64,000 nt of DNA from Felis catus (Eukaryota), in assembly GCF_018350175.1 (NCBI RefSeq), contig NC_058368.1:67520001-67584000 (forward strand), written 5' to 3'. Below the pieces are notes generated by a model. That model worked only from the letters and a program-made list of their open reading frames with translations. It was not told where the DNA came from and did not search any database. Both the position numbers and the translations under genes were made by a program. Positions 24,590-38,248 of this stretch are shown in pieces (within the stretch, counting starts at the first letter, position 1; the number at the start of each line of letters is the position of its first letter).

Positions 24590-25320
24590 TTTTCTTTTCA
24601 AAATTTTATTTAAATTCTAGGTGGTTAACATAAAGTGCAGTGTTAGTTTCAGGAGAATTTGGTGATTCATCACTTACCTTCAACACCCAGCGTTCATCAC
24701 AAGTGCCCTCCTTAGTACCCATTACCATCTAGCCCACCCCCCCACCCACCTCCCTCTGGCAACCCTCAGTTTGTTCGCTATCCTTAAGGGTCTCTTGTGG
24801 TTTTCCTCTCTCCCCCACTTCCCATATGTTCATGTTTTTTCTTAAATTTGACATAGGAGTGAAATACTGGTCTTTCTCTGACTTACTTTGCTTATTAGCA
24901 TAGTACACTCTAGCTCTATCCATGTGGTTACAAATGGCAAGATTTCATTCTTTTTTGAGGGCTAATATTCTATTGTGTGTGTGTCTTTATCCATTCATCA
25001 GTCAGTGGACACTTGGGCTCTCTCCATACTTGGGCTATTGTCAGTAGTGCTGCTATAAACATCAGGGTGCACATGCCCCGTCGAATCTGTGGTTTTGGGT
25101 CCTTTGGGTAAATACCTAGTAGTGCAATGGCTGGGTCGTAGGGTAGCTCTATTTTTAACTTTTTGAGGAACCTCTACACTGTTTTCCGGAGCGGCTGCAC
25201 CAGTCTTCATTCACACCAACAGTGCAAGAGGGTTCCCCTTTGTCCACATCCTTGCCAACATCTGTTGTTTCTTGTGTTGTTGATTTTAGCCATTCTGACA
25301 GGTGTGAGGTGGTACTTCAT
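24590..25320 (-). mobile_element. 5'-truncated carnivore L1 3' end (intergenic)
   Basis: L1 ORF2 C-terminal/3'UTR sequence; ORF 24998..25210 includes [16 protein letters not shown]. Confidence 0.9.
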
Positions 25321-26866
25321 CATGGAAAAACCTTAAAGTAAAAATCATATCTGGTAGGAAACAAGCCTGATATAGTTGGGCACGTCCATGTGATCAAAGA
25401 CAACTTTTAAAATTCAAATAATTAAGAACTGTAGGGAACAAGATACCTTCCCAAACCTGAAATTTTTAAACAAGGTTGTTTACAGTAACTTTTAAGTCAA
25501 GAGGTTCCCCTCTGGAATTTCTCAGAAAATAGAAGTTTGTATTTGATAATCTGAGCTTTATAATACACCATAAAAAGGGAGCAGCTGTCCCATTTCCATG
25601 GTCCCTCCGGGCTCCAGAGCAGCAGCACGGGCCCCCAGGGATCCCTACGGCAGACCATGCACCCCTGGGCCACAGAGTTGCCTGTAAGTTGAACTCTGGC
25701 CATCAGAGCCCTGGACCTCCCTGCCACTCCTCTCACTTTGCCACCAAAGGTAAGATTTTAACAAATCAACTGGTTTTTTGAAAATGAGTGGACCGCCTTA
25801 AATCTACCAAGTCAGAGAAGCAGGCAAGAGGGGGCTGGACAGTACCTTAGACTTCATGGTACTGAGTCTCATCAGCACCTTTCCTCTGGAGCCAGGGATC
25901 CGAGACCTGTAGAGTCCTTCCGTGAACAGTCTTATTTGTTCTAGTGGGAAGTTAAATGTCACTAACTTCTTTGCTGCTATAGCTCAAAGAATGTCTCAGC
26001 CATGCTTTAGTCACTGAAGGATATTCGGACTTGACATCTACCTACCTTCTGCCTTTAAAATTGTCCTGCTGGGTGCCTGAGTCAGGACCTGGTATGTAGT
26101 ACATAGGAACAACCATTTCCTTAAGCACCCCCCCCCACCCATGCCCTCCACCTTGTGTCGAACTACATGTTTCCTATTAAAGAAAAGCCTGATTTTATTT
26201 GTTAGCTCCAAGGCTGAGATGGTGCTTTCTGGAAGTATTCTATTCTCTCTAGAAGCTCCGTTGTCCTCTGAACTTGATAACCGGAGCCAAAGGATGGGCA
26301 CTTCCAAAATCTAACCTTTTGCATTGGAGCTTCTTAGTGGTGTGAACACCGAGTTGCCTTCAGTCTCAGTCTCATATTCTGGGTATACTGTATGCCTAAA
26401 ACGTACAGGTTTTTACAGGATAAGCTCAAAATCTGCCAATTCTTGGATAAACCGTTCAGACAGTTTTCTTAAAGGAGGGGGAAAGAGAAGTGGATTATAA
26501 CTTCAGATCCTTTTCTTCTAGGATTTGATTTTTGTTAAAGTTTGATACAGGGCCTGCACCTGAATTCAGGATCCAGAATGTACACTAAAGCCCCTGGCCT
26601 GGGCTACATTTCAGCATTTCCAGCTCAATGGAGCTGGTGGCTTTCTCTGGAAGAGCTGCCCCCATGCTCAAGTCAGACCTGAAGGTCAGTTCCCACACTG
26701 TGTCCCTGAGGGGGGGGGGGGTAGATTTTTGTATGACACAGCAGTCTATAAGCACTTAGCGTAAAGATGAGCCATTTTATCAAAGAATCGCCCCGTAAAG
26801 AAGTATCTGTTTAGAAATCTGGATTTTTATTTTATATTTTTTAATTAAAAAAATTTATTTATTCTT

Positions 26867-27154
26867 GGGGCACCTGGGTGACTCAGTTAAGCATTCAACT
26901 CTTGGTTTCAGCTCAGGTCATGATCTCATGGTCATGAGGTTGAGCCCTGCATCAGGCTCTGTGCTGGACGTGGAGCCTGTTTAGGATTCTCTCTCTCCCT
27001 TTCCCTCTGCCCCTCCCCTGCTCAAGTTCTCGCCCTCTCAAAAAAAAAAAAAAAAAAAAAATTACTCTTTTAAGTAGGGTTCATGCCCAATGTGGGGCAT
27101 GACCCGGAGATCACGAGTCTCATGCTCTACTGACTGAGCCAGCCAGGCACCCCT
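26867..27154. mobile_element. Can-SINE (+, 26867-27060) tail-to-tail with a short old SINEC (-, ~27068-27154)
   Basis: Both tRNA-derived heads visible; long poly-A tract at 27040-27061. Confidence 0.85.
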
Positions 27155-28389
27155 TAAATTGAGATTTTTAAATGCAAGCTATCACTCACCTGAAATGAGA
27201 CTTGTACACTGTGCCCTTCAAATCACAAGATACAAACTAGGAGGGGAGCATCAGGACTTTGTATTAGTCTGTAATTTCAGCTTATACTGCATGAAATATA
27301 GAATCTAGCATATGGGAGATGGCAGTTAGTGATAGACATGGGAACTAGTGCCTTTACCTACCCGATCCTTCTCCCCACAAAATTCTTAGACAAGCGAAAA
27401 CAGAGACTGACAGTGAAAGAAGTGTAGGTACCATCTTACAGTCATTTGGGGATTCTGTCCCGAAAACCACTGCAGACCTCAGGTTAGCTGGGTTGGAGCA
27501 TCTAACTCACTTGAGCCGATTATAGAGTCTCTTATCTATAAGCTTTATCAAACCATCTAGAACAATCTAGTTCCATCAGGGCAGGCCACACTCCATTTTA
27601 TCACAGACAAGAACAAGTAACAGAGGCAGGGTGAGCAGGAGAGGGAGAGCCCTTGTGACTTCTAATTAGAAATGAATGAAGCAGCTGGGAACAGGGAGGC
27701 TATTTTCAAATACTCTATGGGCTATGCTGCTGAACAGAGAAGGGCTAGACTTGTTCAGTAGAGCTCAAGAAGCAGGAGAAACCACCAGTGGACCGTTCTG
27801 GCTCACTGTAGAGCTCAGATGGACCAGCCTGCCTCCTGAAGCAGACAGCTCCCTATTGCCTTGCAAGGGTCCAGGGGGCTTGAGGCTCCACTAGGTGGGA
27901 CTGCCATGGTGGCTGGGAAGCCCCTCTATTAAACATTTCCCACACCACACTCATCAGGAGTGTGGTGATCTCCTTAAGCAATCATGATTTCCCATTCTCA
28001 GCTCAGCCCCACTGAATCAGCTTCTTCAGGGGATGGGATTCAGATGACACTGAAGTCTCTTCCATTACTCAGATCCGATTTAGAATAGCTGGATAGTTTT
28101 TGAACATTTACTATTCCTATTCATCTATTATTAATACACGGCAGGAAAACAAACTTCATATTCTTAACTTAGTTTCCATTGAAGTGACTACTTTCATACT
28201 TCTTTTTTTATACTTATTTTGAAGGCATACAAAGCTCAGTAAGTCCATGAATATAATTTTGTGAAATAAAAACTAGAAACATTAAGAAACTACAAATGCA
28301 GCATAGGATGAAAACATCATACTGTTTAAGATAAATGATTACAGTACCACACAACTTTCATTTAAAAATAAGTTATAAATGGGCTTAAT

Positions 28390-28854
28390 TTTTTTATTAT
28401 TCAGGGGTAACCACAAATCCTTTTTTCTTAGAGGAAAAAAACACAAAACAGCTTTCTTTCATTTTAAATGCACTTTGAGAATAAGCAAATATGGGTGCAC
28501 AACGAGCTGGAATACACAGACACAGATGGTTTGATAAATCCCCCTGAGAACCAGCTAGTCAGGTATGTTCTTCTACTGGGCTATCTGGCAAAATATCACT
28601 TTAATGGGTGAAAACCCAGGGTCTTAAGCAATAAGGAAAAAGAAATAATCTAGTTTTAAATACTCAATGGCCATTTTTTATATAACTTAAACTTATTCAA
28701 TACATTAACTGCATGTATTTTTAAATATTATTTAAATTGAAGAATATGTCACTAATCTTTAATGAAATTTCCAAAAGCCTTGGCAGTAGTTCCACACTTC
28801 CCCAGCAGGTGGCAGATTTCTTGAAATACTTTCGTCGTCTTTCATAAGCCAGTG
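28390..28854 (-). other. UGGT2: UGGT2 3'UTR / 3'-end processing region (end uncertain)
   Basis: On - strand: variant TATAAA at 28677-28682 followed by a U-rich tract, ATTAAA at 28600-28605 and 28758-28763, canonical AATAAA at 28393-28398. Confidence 0.5.
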
Positions 28855-28877
28855 CTAGAGTTCATCATGTGTCAAAA
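28855..28877 (-). CDS. UGGT2: UGGT2 terminal coding exon (39) with HDEL ER-retention signal
   Basis: Reverse strand: ctacag|TT TTG ACA CAT GAT GAA CTC TAG = (I)LTHDEL*. Confidence 0.95.
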
Positions 28878-29619
28878 CTGTAGAGGAGGAAAGTTTATTT
28901 AGTGATTGAAATCTTAAATATCAAATGAGCTCAAATGTCACCCAAATCATAGGTGCTGGCTGAGGATCCTTTTGTTTGGTTAGTACCTTTTTGCTTCATT
29001 ATTAGTTGTTTGTGCATTACTGTATCATAAGTACTTACATTTTACCACCTAGAAGGGAGCTTTCATGAGTCTATGAGGACAAGGACCATATCTTTGTTAT
29101 CTCTGTTATCTCTAAAGCCTAGCACACTGTCTGGCAATTTGAAGCCTTGAAAAATATGTATTTATCACTTACTATGCACAAATAGCCTATCACTAATGTA
29201 ATGGAACAACAAAGAGCAGAAGCCATATATGGTCTCCTTCTGTGATGGGAAGAGAGAGCAGTCAAATACTGATTTAGCTGATACAAATGCGAGAATCAGT
29301 GAAGACTATCAGAGACCAAAATGGTTTCTTTTGTATTACTGAGTTGTCACATACTAACTGATTTTAAAACACTGAGAATTCAGGATATTTTCAGGCAGAA
29401 ATGAATTAAAGTACAATGTAAGTGCATCCTATTCCACAATTTGAGATGGTAGACTATGTTTCTTCTTCACCGAATTTCACCTGAGACAAAATGTAAAGGG
29501 AATAATAATAATGAGCCTAGGGAAGACATTAATTAAGATGTGATTGCCCCCTTCAAAAATAATCAATAGAAGATAAAGTAAAAAAAAAAAAATTTCCCTG
29601 AACAGAGAAAAAAACTAGG

Positions 29620-32455
29620 TAATAGAAAATATAACCACAGAAATACAAAGGATCCTAAGAGACTACTATGAACAATTATACACCAAAAAAAAAAAAAAAA
29701 AAAAAACAACCCAGGGACAATCTAGAAGACATGAATAAATCCCTAAAAACATACAACTTACCATGAATATACTGTCTCATGAAGAAATAGAATACCTTAA
29801 CAAACCTGAGACTGAATCAGTAATCAAAACCTCCTGAGAAACAAAAGTCCAGGACCAAAAGGCTTCACTGGTGAATTCTACCAAACATTTAAGGAATAAT
29901 ACCGATCCTTCTTAACTTTTCCAAACAACAGACAGAGAAGGACACACCCGAACTCATTTTATAAGATCAGCATTAACTGGATTCCAAAACCAGAAAAATG
30001 TACTTTATAAGGAAAGAAAATTACAGGCCATTATTCCTGATAAATAAAAATGCAAAAATCCTCAAAATATTAGCAAACTGAATTCAACAATACATTAAAA
30101 AGATCACACACCAAGATCAAGTGGGATTTATTCCAGAGATGCAAGGATGGTTCAATATCCACAAATCAATCAACATGATAAACATCAACAATATGAAGGA
30201 TAAAAATCATCTCAATGGATGCAGAAAAAGCATTTGAAAAAACTCACCATCCATTTATGACAAAAACTCACAACTAAGTGGGTATAGAGGGACTGTACCT
30301 CAATGTAATAAAGACCATATATGACAAGTCCACAGAAAACAAACATTATATTCAACGGCAAAAAGTTGAAAACTTTTCCTCTCAGATCATGAACAAGAAT
30401 GCCTACCCTTGCCCCTTTTATTCAATATACTATTAGAAGTACCAGCCATAGCAATTAGGAAAGAAAAGAAAATGCATCCAAGCTGAATAGACATAAACTG
30501 TCAGTATTTGAAGATAACATGATATTATATAGAAGAAACCCTAAAGACCACTAAAAAAACTGTTAAAACTATAAATGAATTCAGTAAAGTGGCAGGACAT
30601 AAAATCAATATACAGAAATCTGTTGTGTTTCTATACACTGATACCAAACTATAAGAAAGAAAAATTAAGAAAATAATCTATTTACAATTGTATCAAAAAG
30701 AATAAAATACTAGGAATAAATTTAACCAAGGAGGTGAAAGACCTATACCCTGAAAACTCTAAGACATTGATGAAGACACAAACAGAAAGATATTCCATGC
30801 TCACGGACTGAAAGAATTAATATTATTAAAATGTCCATACTATCCTAAGCAACCTATAGGTTCAATGCAATCCCTATCAAAATTCCAATATCATTTCTCA
30901 CAGAAATAGAACAAGCAACTTTAAAACTTATGAAGAACCACAAAAGACACCAAATAGCCAAAGTAACACAGAGAAATGATGAAGCTGGAGGCATCAGGGT
31001 CCCTGATTTAAAACTGTATTACAGGAGTGCCTGGGTGTCTCAGTCATTAAGCATCTGACTTCGGCTCAGGTCATGATATCATGGTTCGTAAGTTGGAGGC
31101 TTGCTTTGGGTGAGCTTGAGACCCATTTCAGGTGAGCACAAACTCTGCTTCAGTGAACACGAACTCTGCTTTGGGTGAGCCCCACTTCTCTCTGCCCTTT
31201 GTGGGAAGATTCTTTCTCCCTCTCCAAAAAAACAAAACAAACAAACAAACAAAACCAAGAAAACTATATCACAAAGCTACAGTAACCAAAACAGTTTGAC
31301 ATTGCCATAAAAACAGATACACAGATCACTGAAACAGAATGATGGGCACTTATGACAAAGAAGCCAAGAATAGGCAATGGGGAAAGTACAATTTCTTCAA
31401 TAAATAGTGTTGGGAAATCTGGACAGCCACATGCAAAAGAATGAAACTTTGCCCCGTTCTTACACCAAACACAAAGATTCACTCAAAATGGATTAAAGAC
31501 TCAAATGTAAGACCTGAAATTATAAACCTCCCAGACGAAAACATAGGCAGTAAGCATCTTGATATCAGTGTTGGCAATAATTTTTTGAATTTGTCATCAA
31601 AAGTAAAGATAATAAAAACAAAAGTAAACAAATGGGACTACATGAAACTAAAAAGCTTCTGCAGATGAAAGAAACTATGTATCTGATTAGGGGGTAATAT
31701 CCAAAATATATAAAGAACTCATACAACTCAATAGCAAAAATCTAAACAATCCAATTAAGAAAATGGACAGAGGCTCTGAAGAGACATTTTCCCAAAAAAG
31801 ATAAATAGGTCAAAATCACTAATCATAGCGAAATGAAAATCAAAACCATAGTTATCATCATGTACCTGTAGAATGGCAATTAATCAAAAAGACAATAACA
31901 AGAGTTAGCAAGGATGTGGAGGAAAAGGGAACCCTTGTGCACTGTTGATGGGAATGTAAACTGCTGCAGCCACGATGGAAAACCTACGGCAGTTCCTCAG
32001 AACATTACACAAAAAGAAGGAAATCCTACCCTTTGTACAACATGAATGGACCTTGAGGGCATTATGCTAAATGAAATAAGTCAGAGAAAGACAAATACTG
32101 TATGATCTCACTTATATAAGGAATCTAAAATAAAACAATACTGAGCTCACACACACAGAGAATAGATTAGTGGTTGTCAGAGTGAGGTTGAGGGATGGAT
32201 AAAATAGGTGAGGGGTCAAAAGGTACAAACTTCTAGTTATAAAATAAGTAATAGGGATGTAATGCACAGCATGGTGATTATAGTTAACAACACTCTATGG
32301 TATACTGAAAGTTGCTAAGAGACCTTAAAAGTTCTTATCACAAGAAAAACAAATTTTATAAGTATCTATAATTTCACAATATATACAAATAATGAATGTT
32401 ACATGCTTGAAATGAATATTATAGCTATAATATCTTAATTTAAAAAAAGGAAAAA
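29620..32455 (+). mobile_element. Degraded L1 (L1MA-type) ORF2 RT to 3'UTR in the last UGGT2 intron
   Basis: caagtgggatttattccagagatgcaaggatggttcaa; ORF 31441..31668 KIHSKWIKDSNVRPEII...NKWDYMKLKSFC; L1MA-like 3' end. Confidence 0.92.
31024..31258 (+). mobile_element. Feliform Can-SINE with internal tandem repeats (SINEC_Fc3-like), inserted in the L1
   Basis: SINEC head, ~20-nt repeats (ggtgagc...ctgcttc), (CAAA)n tail, degenerate TSD aaaactgtattaca/aaaactatatcaca. Confidence 0.75.
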
Positions 32456-32459
32456 TAAA

Positions 32460-33650
32460 GAATAATAGGTCATGACCAAGCTGAGTTTGTTTCTGGAACA
32501 CAGGAAATTTCAATATTAGTAAATCTATTAATATTGTCTATTATATTAATAAATCAAATATAAAAACCAGGCAGTTGCTTCTATTTTTGTTGAGGATGCG
32601 GTTGATAAAATGCAACCCATTCTTGATAAAAAACACTTATTAGAACAGGAATCAATGGATATTTCCTCAACATAAATTTTTTAGTCCAAAGCCATTATCT
32701 TAACAGGGAAACAGAGAAGATTGGCAAAACAAAGTGAGAAAAAGAAGCTAATATTTAACATCATATTAGATATATCAACCAAAGCAATTAGACAAGAAAA
32801 AGCAATGTGAGGTATAATGATTAGAGGAAAAACCATTTTTGTTTGCAGATAAGATGTATGTAATCCTAGGGGAAAAAATTCAAGAGAACCAACTGAAATA
32901 TTACTATAAATAATAGGGGGATTCAGTATGATCATAAAGATTCATAAGCTGAAAACAATAATCTATCACAAGCAAATACCAGTAAGATACACTGTAAGAG
33001 AAAATCCCATTTATAATAATAACAAAAAGATGAAATACCTAGGGACAAGCTTAAAAAAGATATGGGTAAGACCTATATGATTAAAATGTTATGATTCTTG
33101 ACAAACATAAAACTGAAACTGAACATAAAGATACAACATGTTCTTAGGTGCAAAGAACAGTTTTCACAAACACGTCAATACTCCCTAACTTAAGTAATAA
33201 ATTTAATGTAATCTTCCCTCCATCCTCGTCTCTACCCCCCACCAAAAAAGAAAAACCGAAAAATTTCTGGAACTAGATGATTCTAAAGCTTATATGGAAA
33301 AATACACAAGAATACCAGGAAAACAACAACGAAATAGTAATGAGGGGAGATGAGCCCTACTCAGTAATAAAACATGCTATAAATCTTCTAATTAAAAAAG
33401 TATATAATAGGCACATGTATAGACAGAGATAAATGGAACAGGATAAAAAATGTGCCAAATGAGACAGAAATAATGCAGGAATTTAGTGTATGATAAAGGT
33501 GGCAACACAAATCTCTGAAATAAAGACCATCAACTTTTTTCCAGTATTGGACAATAATCCTCTAGAAAAAATGAGCAAAGGATAAAAATAAGCAGTCGAA
33601 AAACAGAGTTACAAATGTCCCTGAAACATATGACCAGATTCTCAACTCCA
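32460..33650 (+). mobile_element. Older L1M ORF2 fragments
   Basis: aaagcaattagacaagaaaaagcaat; gtttgcagataagatg; aaatacctaggg. Confidence 0.7.
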
Positions 33651-33654
33651 TCTA

Positions 33655-34068
33655 TGTTACAGGTTGAACTGTGTTTCTCCAAAATTCATATATTGGAACC
33701 CTAACCTGCAGGACTTCAGAATGTGACCTTATTTGGAGATAGTCTTTACAGAAGTAATATGGTTAAAATGACATCATCGGGGTAGACCCTAATCCAACAT
33801 GACTAGTGTCCTTGTAGGATGAGGAAATCTGCACAGAGACGTATACAGAGAGAAGACAATGTGAAGAGACGCAGCGAGAAAGTGGCTACCTACAAGTCAA
33901 GAGAAGGCCTGGGACAGATCCTCCCTCACTGCCCTCAGGAAGGAACCAACTCTAAAGACACTTTGATCTTGGACTTCAAGCTTCTAGAACAGTGAGACAA
34001 AAAATTTCTTCCGTTTGAGTCAGCTACTTTGTGGTACTGTGTTAGAGCACCCCCAGAAAACTAATACA
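33655..34068 (+). mobile_element. MLT1B/C-like MaLR solo LTR
   Basis: tgttacaggttgaactgtgt...cagaatgtgaccttatttggagatag...aaactaataca; TG...CA termini. Confidence 0.88.
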
Positions 34069-34518
34069 GCTTATAATAAGAGAAATGCAAAAGTTATAAA
34101 ACAAGGCTTACTATAGCCTTAAAAATGATTGCCTCTTTGTGTTTGAGTAAAAGAGGTCTTCCAATTTTATTCTTTCTATATATAGTACTTCCATATTGTT
34201 TTCATGTTTATAACAGACTTACATTTGTAATTCAAAATTAAGTAAAAAATCCAAAAATCTTTTGTAAAACTTATTTTTACACATTCATAGGTATGTATAC
34301 AAACATGCCATTTTTATTTAAGATGGGGCCAATTACAAATATTACTATATTTTTAACTTAAAATATGCTATCCACAAATACATTTATCTCAATTCTCTTG
34401 AAAGACTACAATATTTCTTTGTATGTATTGACATTTATATAATCAATCTTCTATTAATGGATCAATTATTTCTATCTCATTATTAAAAACAATGGCATAA
34501 CATGTATACATATTTCTC

Positions 34519-34567
34519 TATTTATTTATTAGAAAGAGAGTGCGTGTGCGCACATGAGTAGAGGAGG

Positions 34568-34621
<54 letters not shown>

Positions 34622-35561
34622 CCCGAGCAGGCTCCACACCATCAGCACACAGACCAACGCGGGGCTCAAACTCGCAAACTGTGAGATCATGACCTGAGCT
34701 GAAATCAGGAGTCAGATGCTTAACCGACTAAGCCACCCAGATGCCCCTCACTTCTCTTTTTAAATGTAAACCTGACACACATATTTTAGTTTTTATACAC
34801 ATTGTAAAATTTCCTTAATTTATACAGCTGCTGTATGTATGAGCATATGAGTGCTCACTTGTCAGTAACCTCACTAACTCTGGCTATTATTAATCCTTTA
34901 ACTCTTTCCAATTTGGGAAGAGAAACATTTCATCCGTATGTTCTGTGCATTAAAAAATTTTGAGGTAATTGTGTAAAAATTTCCTTTCTGTCTTCCTTTC
35001 CCCACCCCTTTCTCCCGTTTTCTGCCTTCTTCAACTCCCTTTTAAAACAGTTGTATCACACCACTTACAGAATCTTCTTCTGAATTGAAATGGTGTCTTC
35101 AAATTATTTAAGTTATTAATTAAAAATAGGGGCACCTGGGTGGCTCAGTCGGTTAAGCATCTGACTCTTGATTTCAGCTCAGGTCATGATCTCACAGTGT
35201 GTGAGATGGGGTCCCACACTGGGCTTGGGATTCTCTCTCTCTCGGCCCCTCCCCTATGCCCTTTCTCTCTCAAAATAAATAAACAGTAGAAAAATAAATT
35301 CATTAACAAAACATGGATGTGTTTTAAATACTCAACCTCTCAGAAAATAACTGCATAGGTTTTGTTAAAGAATACAAAAAGATGAAACACAATTTCATGC
35401 TTATGAGAGAAAGTTTATATATAATGTTTTTTAAGTTTATTTATTTTGAGAAAGAGTGCAAGGGTGCACACGCATGTGCTTGTGCAAGTGAATGAGTGGG
35501 GGAAGGGCAGAGAGTGAGAGTGGGAGAGTGGGAGAGTGGGAGAGTGGGAGAGTGGGAGAGT

Positions 35562-35609
<48 letters not shown>

Positions 35610-35739
35610 AAGAAAATATCCCAAGCAGGCTCCACACTGCCAGCACTGAGACTGATGCAGGGCTTCAACCCACAAACTGTGAGATCATGACCTGAAATCA
35701 AGAGTCAGACACTCAACCAACTGAGCCACCCAGGCGCCC
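34519..35739. mobile_element. Cluster of three Can-SINEs (34519-34748 -, 35129-35290 +, 35424-35739 -) with expanded (GA)n and (GGGAGAGT)n linkers
   Basis: SINEC heads and tails; microsatellite expansions at ~34570-34618 and ~35515-35605. Confidence 0.85.
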
Positions 35740-36558
35740 TTATGTATAACATTTGTATGTTTATATTTAACATTTCAGCTTCTAAAAAAGATAAAGCTGA
35801 GGGAAATAAGAATATTATTCTGAACCACTGGGAAGAATTACTGTTGAGGATTAATACAACCTGTTTGAAAGTCTCTAACACTGGAGCTCAGTGCTATTTT
35901 TAAAAAAGAGTAAAGAAAAATTGAGAGAACTAGGCACTAATGAGGAAAGAGAATTAGGAGCAATCAAGAAGTTTACAGCAGTTTTAACAGAATATTCAAC
36001 ACTTACTTGTTGAAGGTTTATGTAGAGTGATGAAATGCCTAGGTAACCACATTTTAATCTTAGAAATGGAAGCAAATCTAGTCGAAGTCACCTTCCAGCC
36101 CTGAGGAGGCTACTAGAACCAGGAACACATGGGAAATCCATATTCCACATGGGATTAATTCGGGAGATAGGAGGTAATATTTCTAGGTTCCATATAAGTC
36201 TTTCACTAAACTTTAGGGTTTGGATTTTCATATTTGGGACATTTGGTGTAATCCTAAAGACAAGCATGTTTTCTACTTTTATTTTCTACCTCTTGTGTCA
36301 GAGGCTAATGCTTTGGCACCCATTTATGTGGTGATATGAACTGAAGTTACATCCATGGGGGAATAGATTCTCTATCCATGTTTTAAATTTGTGAGTTTAA
36401 GTCCACATAAAATGAAGTTCTTAATAATGTCACAAATTTTCTGAAAGAAATTCTGACCTGATCATTTACTAAATTCACCAAGAAATGAGTTTGTAATCTA
36501 TTTTAATTTCACTTCAGGCAACACATGATTCAGACACCACCATAGAATGATGACTTAC

Positions 36559-36685
36559 TTGCATTTTTCTTCTTGTTTTCTAGGTGTTCTAACAGTTGTC
36601 GTATCTCAGTGTCATACTCCACCCATTCTGGGACAATCCTGGCAGCAGCTTTTAGCTTAGGTTCTTTTGTTTTGGGATTATTGCA
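36559..36685 (-). CDS. UGGT2: UGGT2 exon 38
   Basis: tag|TGC AAT ... GCA A|gtaagt; 127 nt; CNNPKTKEPKLKAAARIVPEWVEYDTEIRQLLEHLENKKKNA. Confidence 0.97.
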
Positions 36686-37689
36686 CTAAAAGTTTAAATA
36701 AAATTCGGTTAATGAAAAATGACTTTCCTTGTATGTTAATTATGCTTCATTTAAGGAAGGAAGGGTGGGAGGGAAGGAGGGAGGGATAGAGGATGAACAG
36801 ATCATTGTCCAGGAAAAAAGGAAATACTTGAGAACATTACTATGTCACTACAGCATACAAAATGAATTTTATAAAAAGCAGAGCCCTAAGTACTAAATAT
36901 TTAAATCACTAACAAATAAAAGTACTTAGTTTAATAGGGAAAGGATCAAGCGAAATGACAAATGATAGTTTATGTAAGCAGTAAGTATTTAATGCAAATA
37001 CCTCAATCAGAAATTTAAACAAAAATTGTTTAAAAACATTCTTACGGTTAACAAGGAGTCTGTCAAACACTTCTCCAAAATGTTTTGGCAAAAGATCTAA
37101 TTACATGATTATTTTGTAAAAGAACATAGCAGACTATATTAATAAGTATTCTCTTATCTTTCTTTGGACTAAAATCTGGTTTATATACTTGTGTTTTCCA
37201 CAGACAAATATTGTTAGCCTTTAGAAATTCCTCGAGTTTGTTTAGCAAAAGCATTCCCTCCCCTTTATATGCTTCTGTTCTAATTAGCAACTGTGGCGAT
37301 ATTAAAAATCAGTTAACTGGAACTCATGTGTCAAAATACTGATAGGGTGAAATTCACAGGAGTTTATAAATCTCATGTCTAAACATATTAACTAGTCTAC
37401 CTGACAGATACAGTGGAATAACGATGGGTACAGATCCTCAGTCCTCATGGTTCCAACTCTTTGCCTACTGGTAGTAAGACCCATACATTTCAGTTAACTG
37501 TGTGTGTGTGGCGGGGGGGGGGGGGGGGGGCTGGGTGGGGGGAAGATCTTAGCTTCATCACAAGGGAGGAAGCTGAAATAAGATAATCTCTATGCTTCCA
37601 CTGATATCTGACTGATGTAAACGACTCAGCAAGCAGTTGGTCCTATTATGGGGTTTCTTGGGAAATTAAGAGGTCAAAAGGCAAAGTGA

Positions 37690-37860
37690 ACAGGAAAAGG
37701 ATCTGATTCTGGATGTATGTGACGGTACAGCTGACAAGATGCTAATGTGCTGGATGTGAGGTGTGAGGAGAGAGGTCAAAGATGACCCAAGAGTGTGGGG
37801 CTTAAGCGACATGAAGAATGGAGATGCCATCGACCAAGACATGAAGGACTATGGGAGGAG
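37690..37860 (-). mobile_element. L2 fragment
   Basis: ggatgtgaggtgtgaggagagaggtcaaagatgacccaagag...gaatggagatgccat. Confidence 0.65.
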
Positions 37861-38034
37861 GACAAATGTCACAAAGTTCCAGAAGCATCCCATTTGCTCT
37901 TTACAAGACATTAATAGAGAACACACCTTGAGCTCACTTTCATGTGACGTCTTGTAGTTGCCGCAACTTGCTTTCTCCCTAATTCCTTATGGGAGTGCTA
38001 CTGGTTATGTACGAGCCATGAGCCTATTGTCTTC

Positions 38035-38248
38035 TTTTTTTTTATGTTTATTTATTTTTGGGAGAGAGGGAGAGACAGAGCGTGAGCAGGGGAGGGGCAG
38101 AGAGAGAGAGGGAGACACAGAATCCGAAACAGGCTCCAGGCTCCGAGCTGTCAGCACAGAGCCCGATGCGGGGCTCAAACTCACAAACTGCGAGATCATG
38201 ACCTGAGCCAAAGTTGGACGCTCAACCGACTGAGCCACCCAGGCGCCC
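38035..38248 (-). mobile_element. Can-SINE
   Basis: Full SINEC; TSD tgagcct(a/g)ttgtc. Confidence 0.9.

Noticed and set aside
27943..27967. Perfect 10-bp hairpin caccacactc-atcag-gagtgtggtg in the intergenic gap
   Set aside because: About one such stem is expected by chance in 64 kb; it lies beside a degraded MER5-like fragment and has no other support.
37501..37542. Long poly-G run / G4 candidate (similar runs at ~17644-17678, ~18368-18388 and ~26710)
   Set aside because: Simple homopolymer or low-complexity tracts with no context suggesting function; lengths may be sequencing-sensitive.
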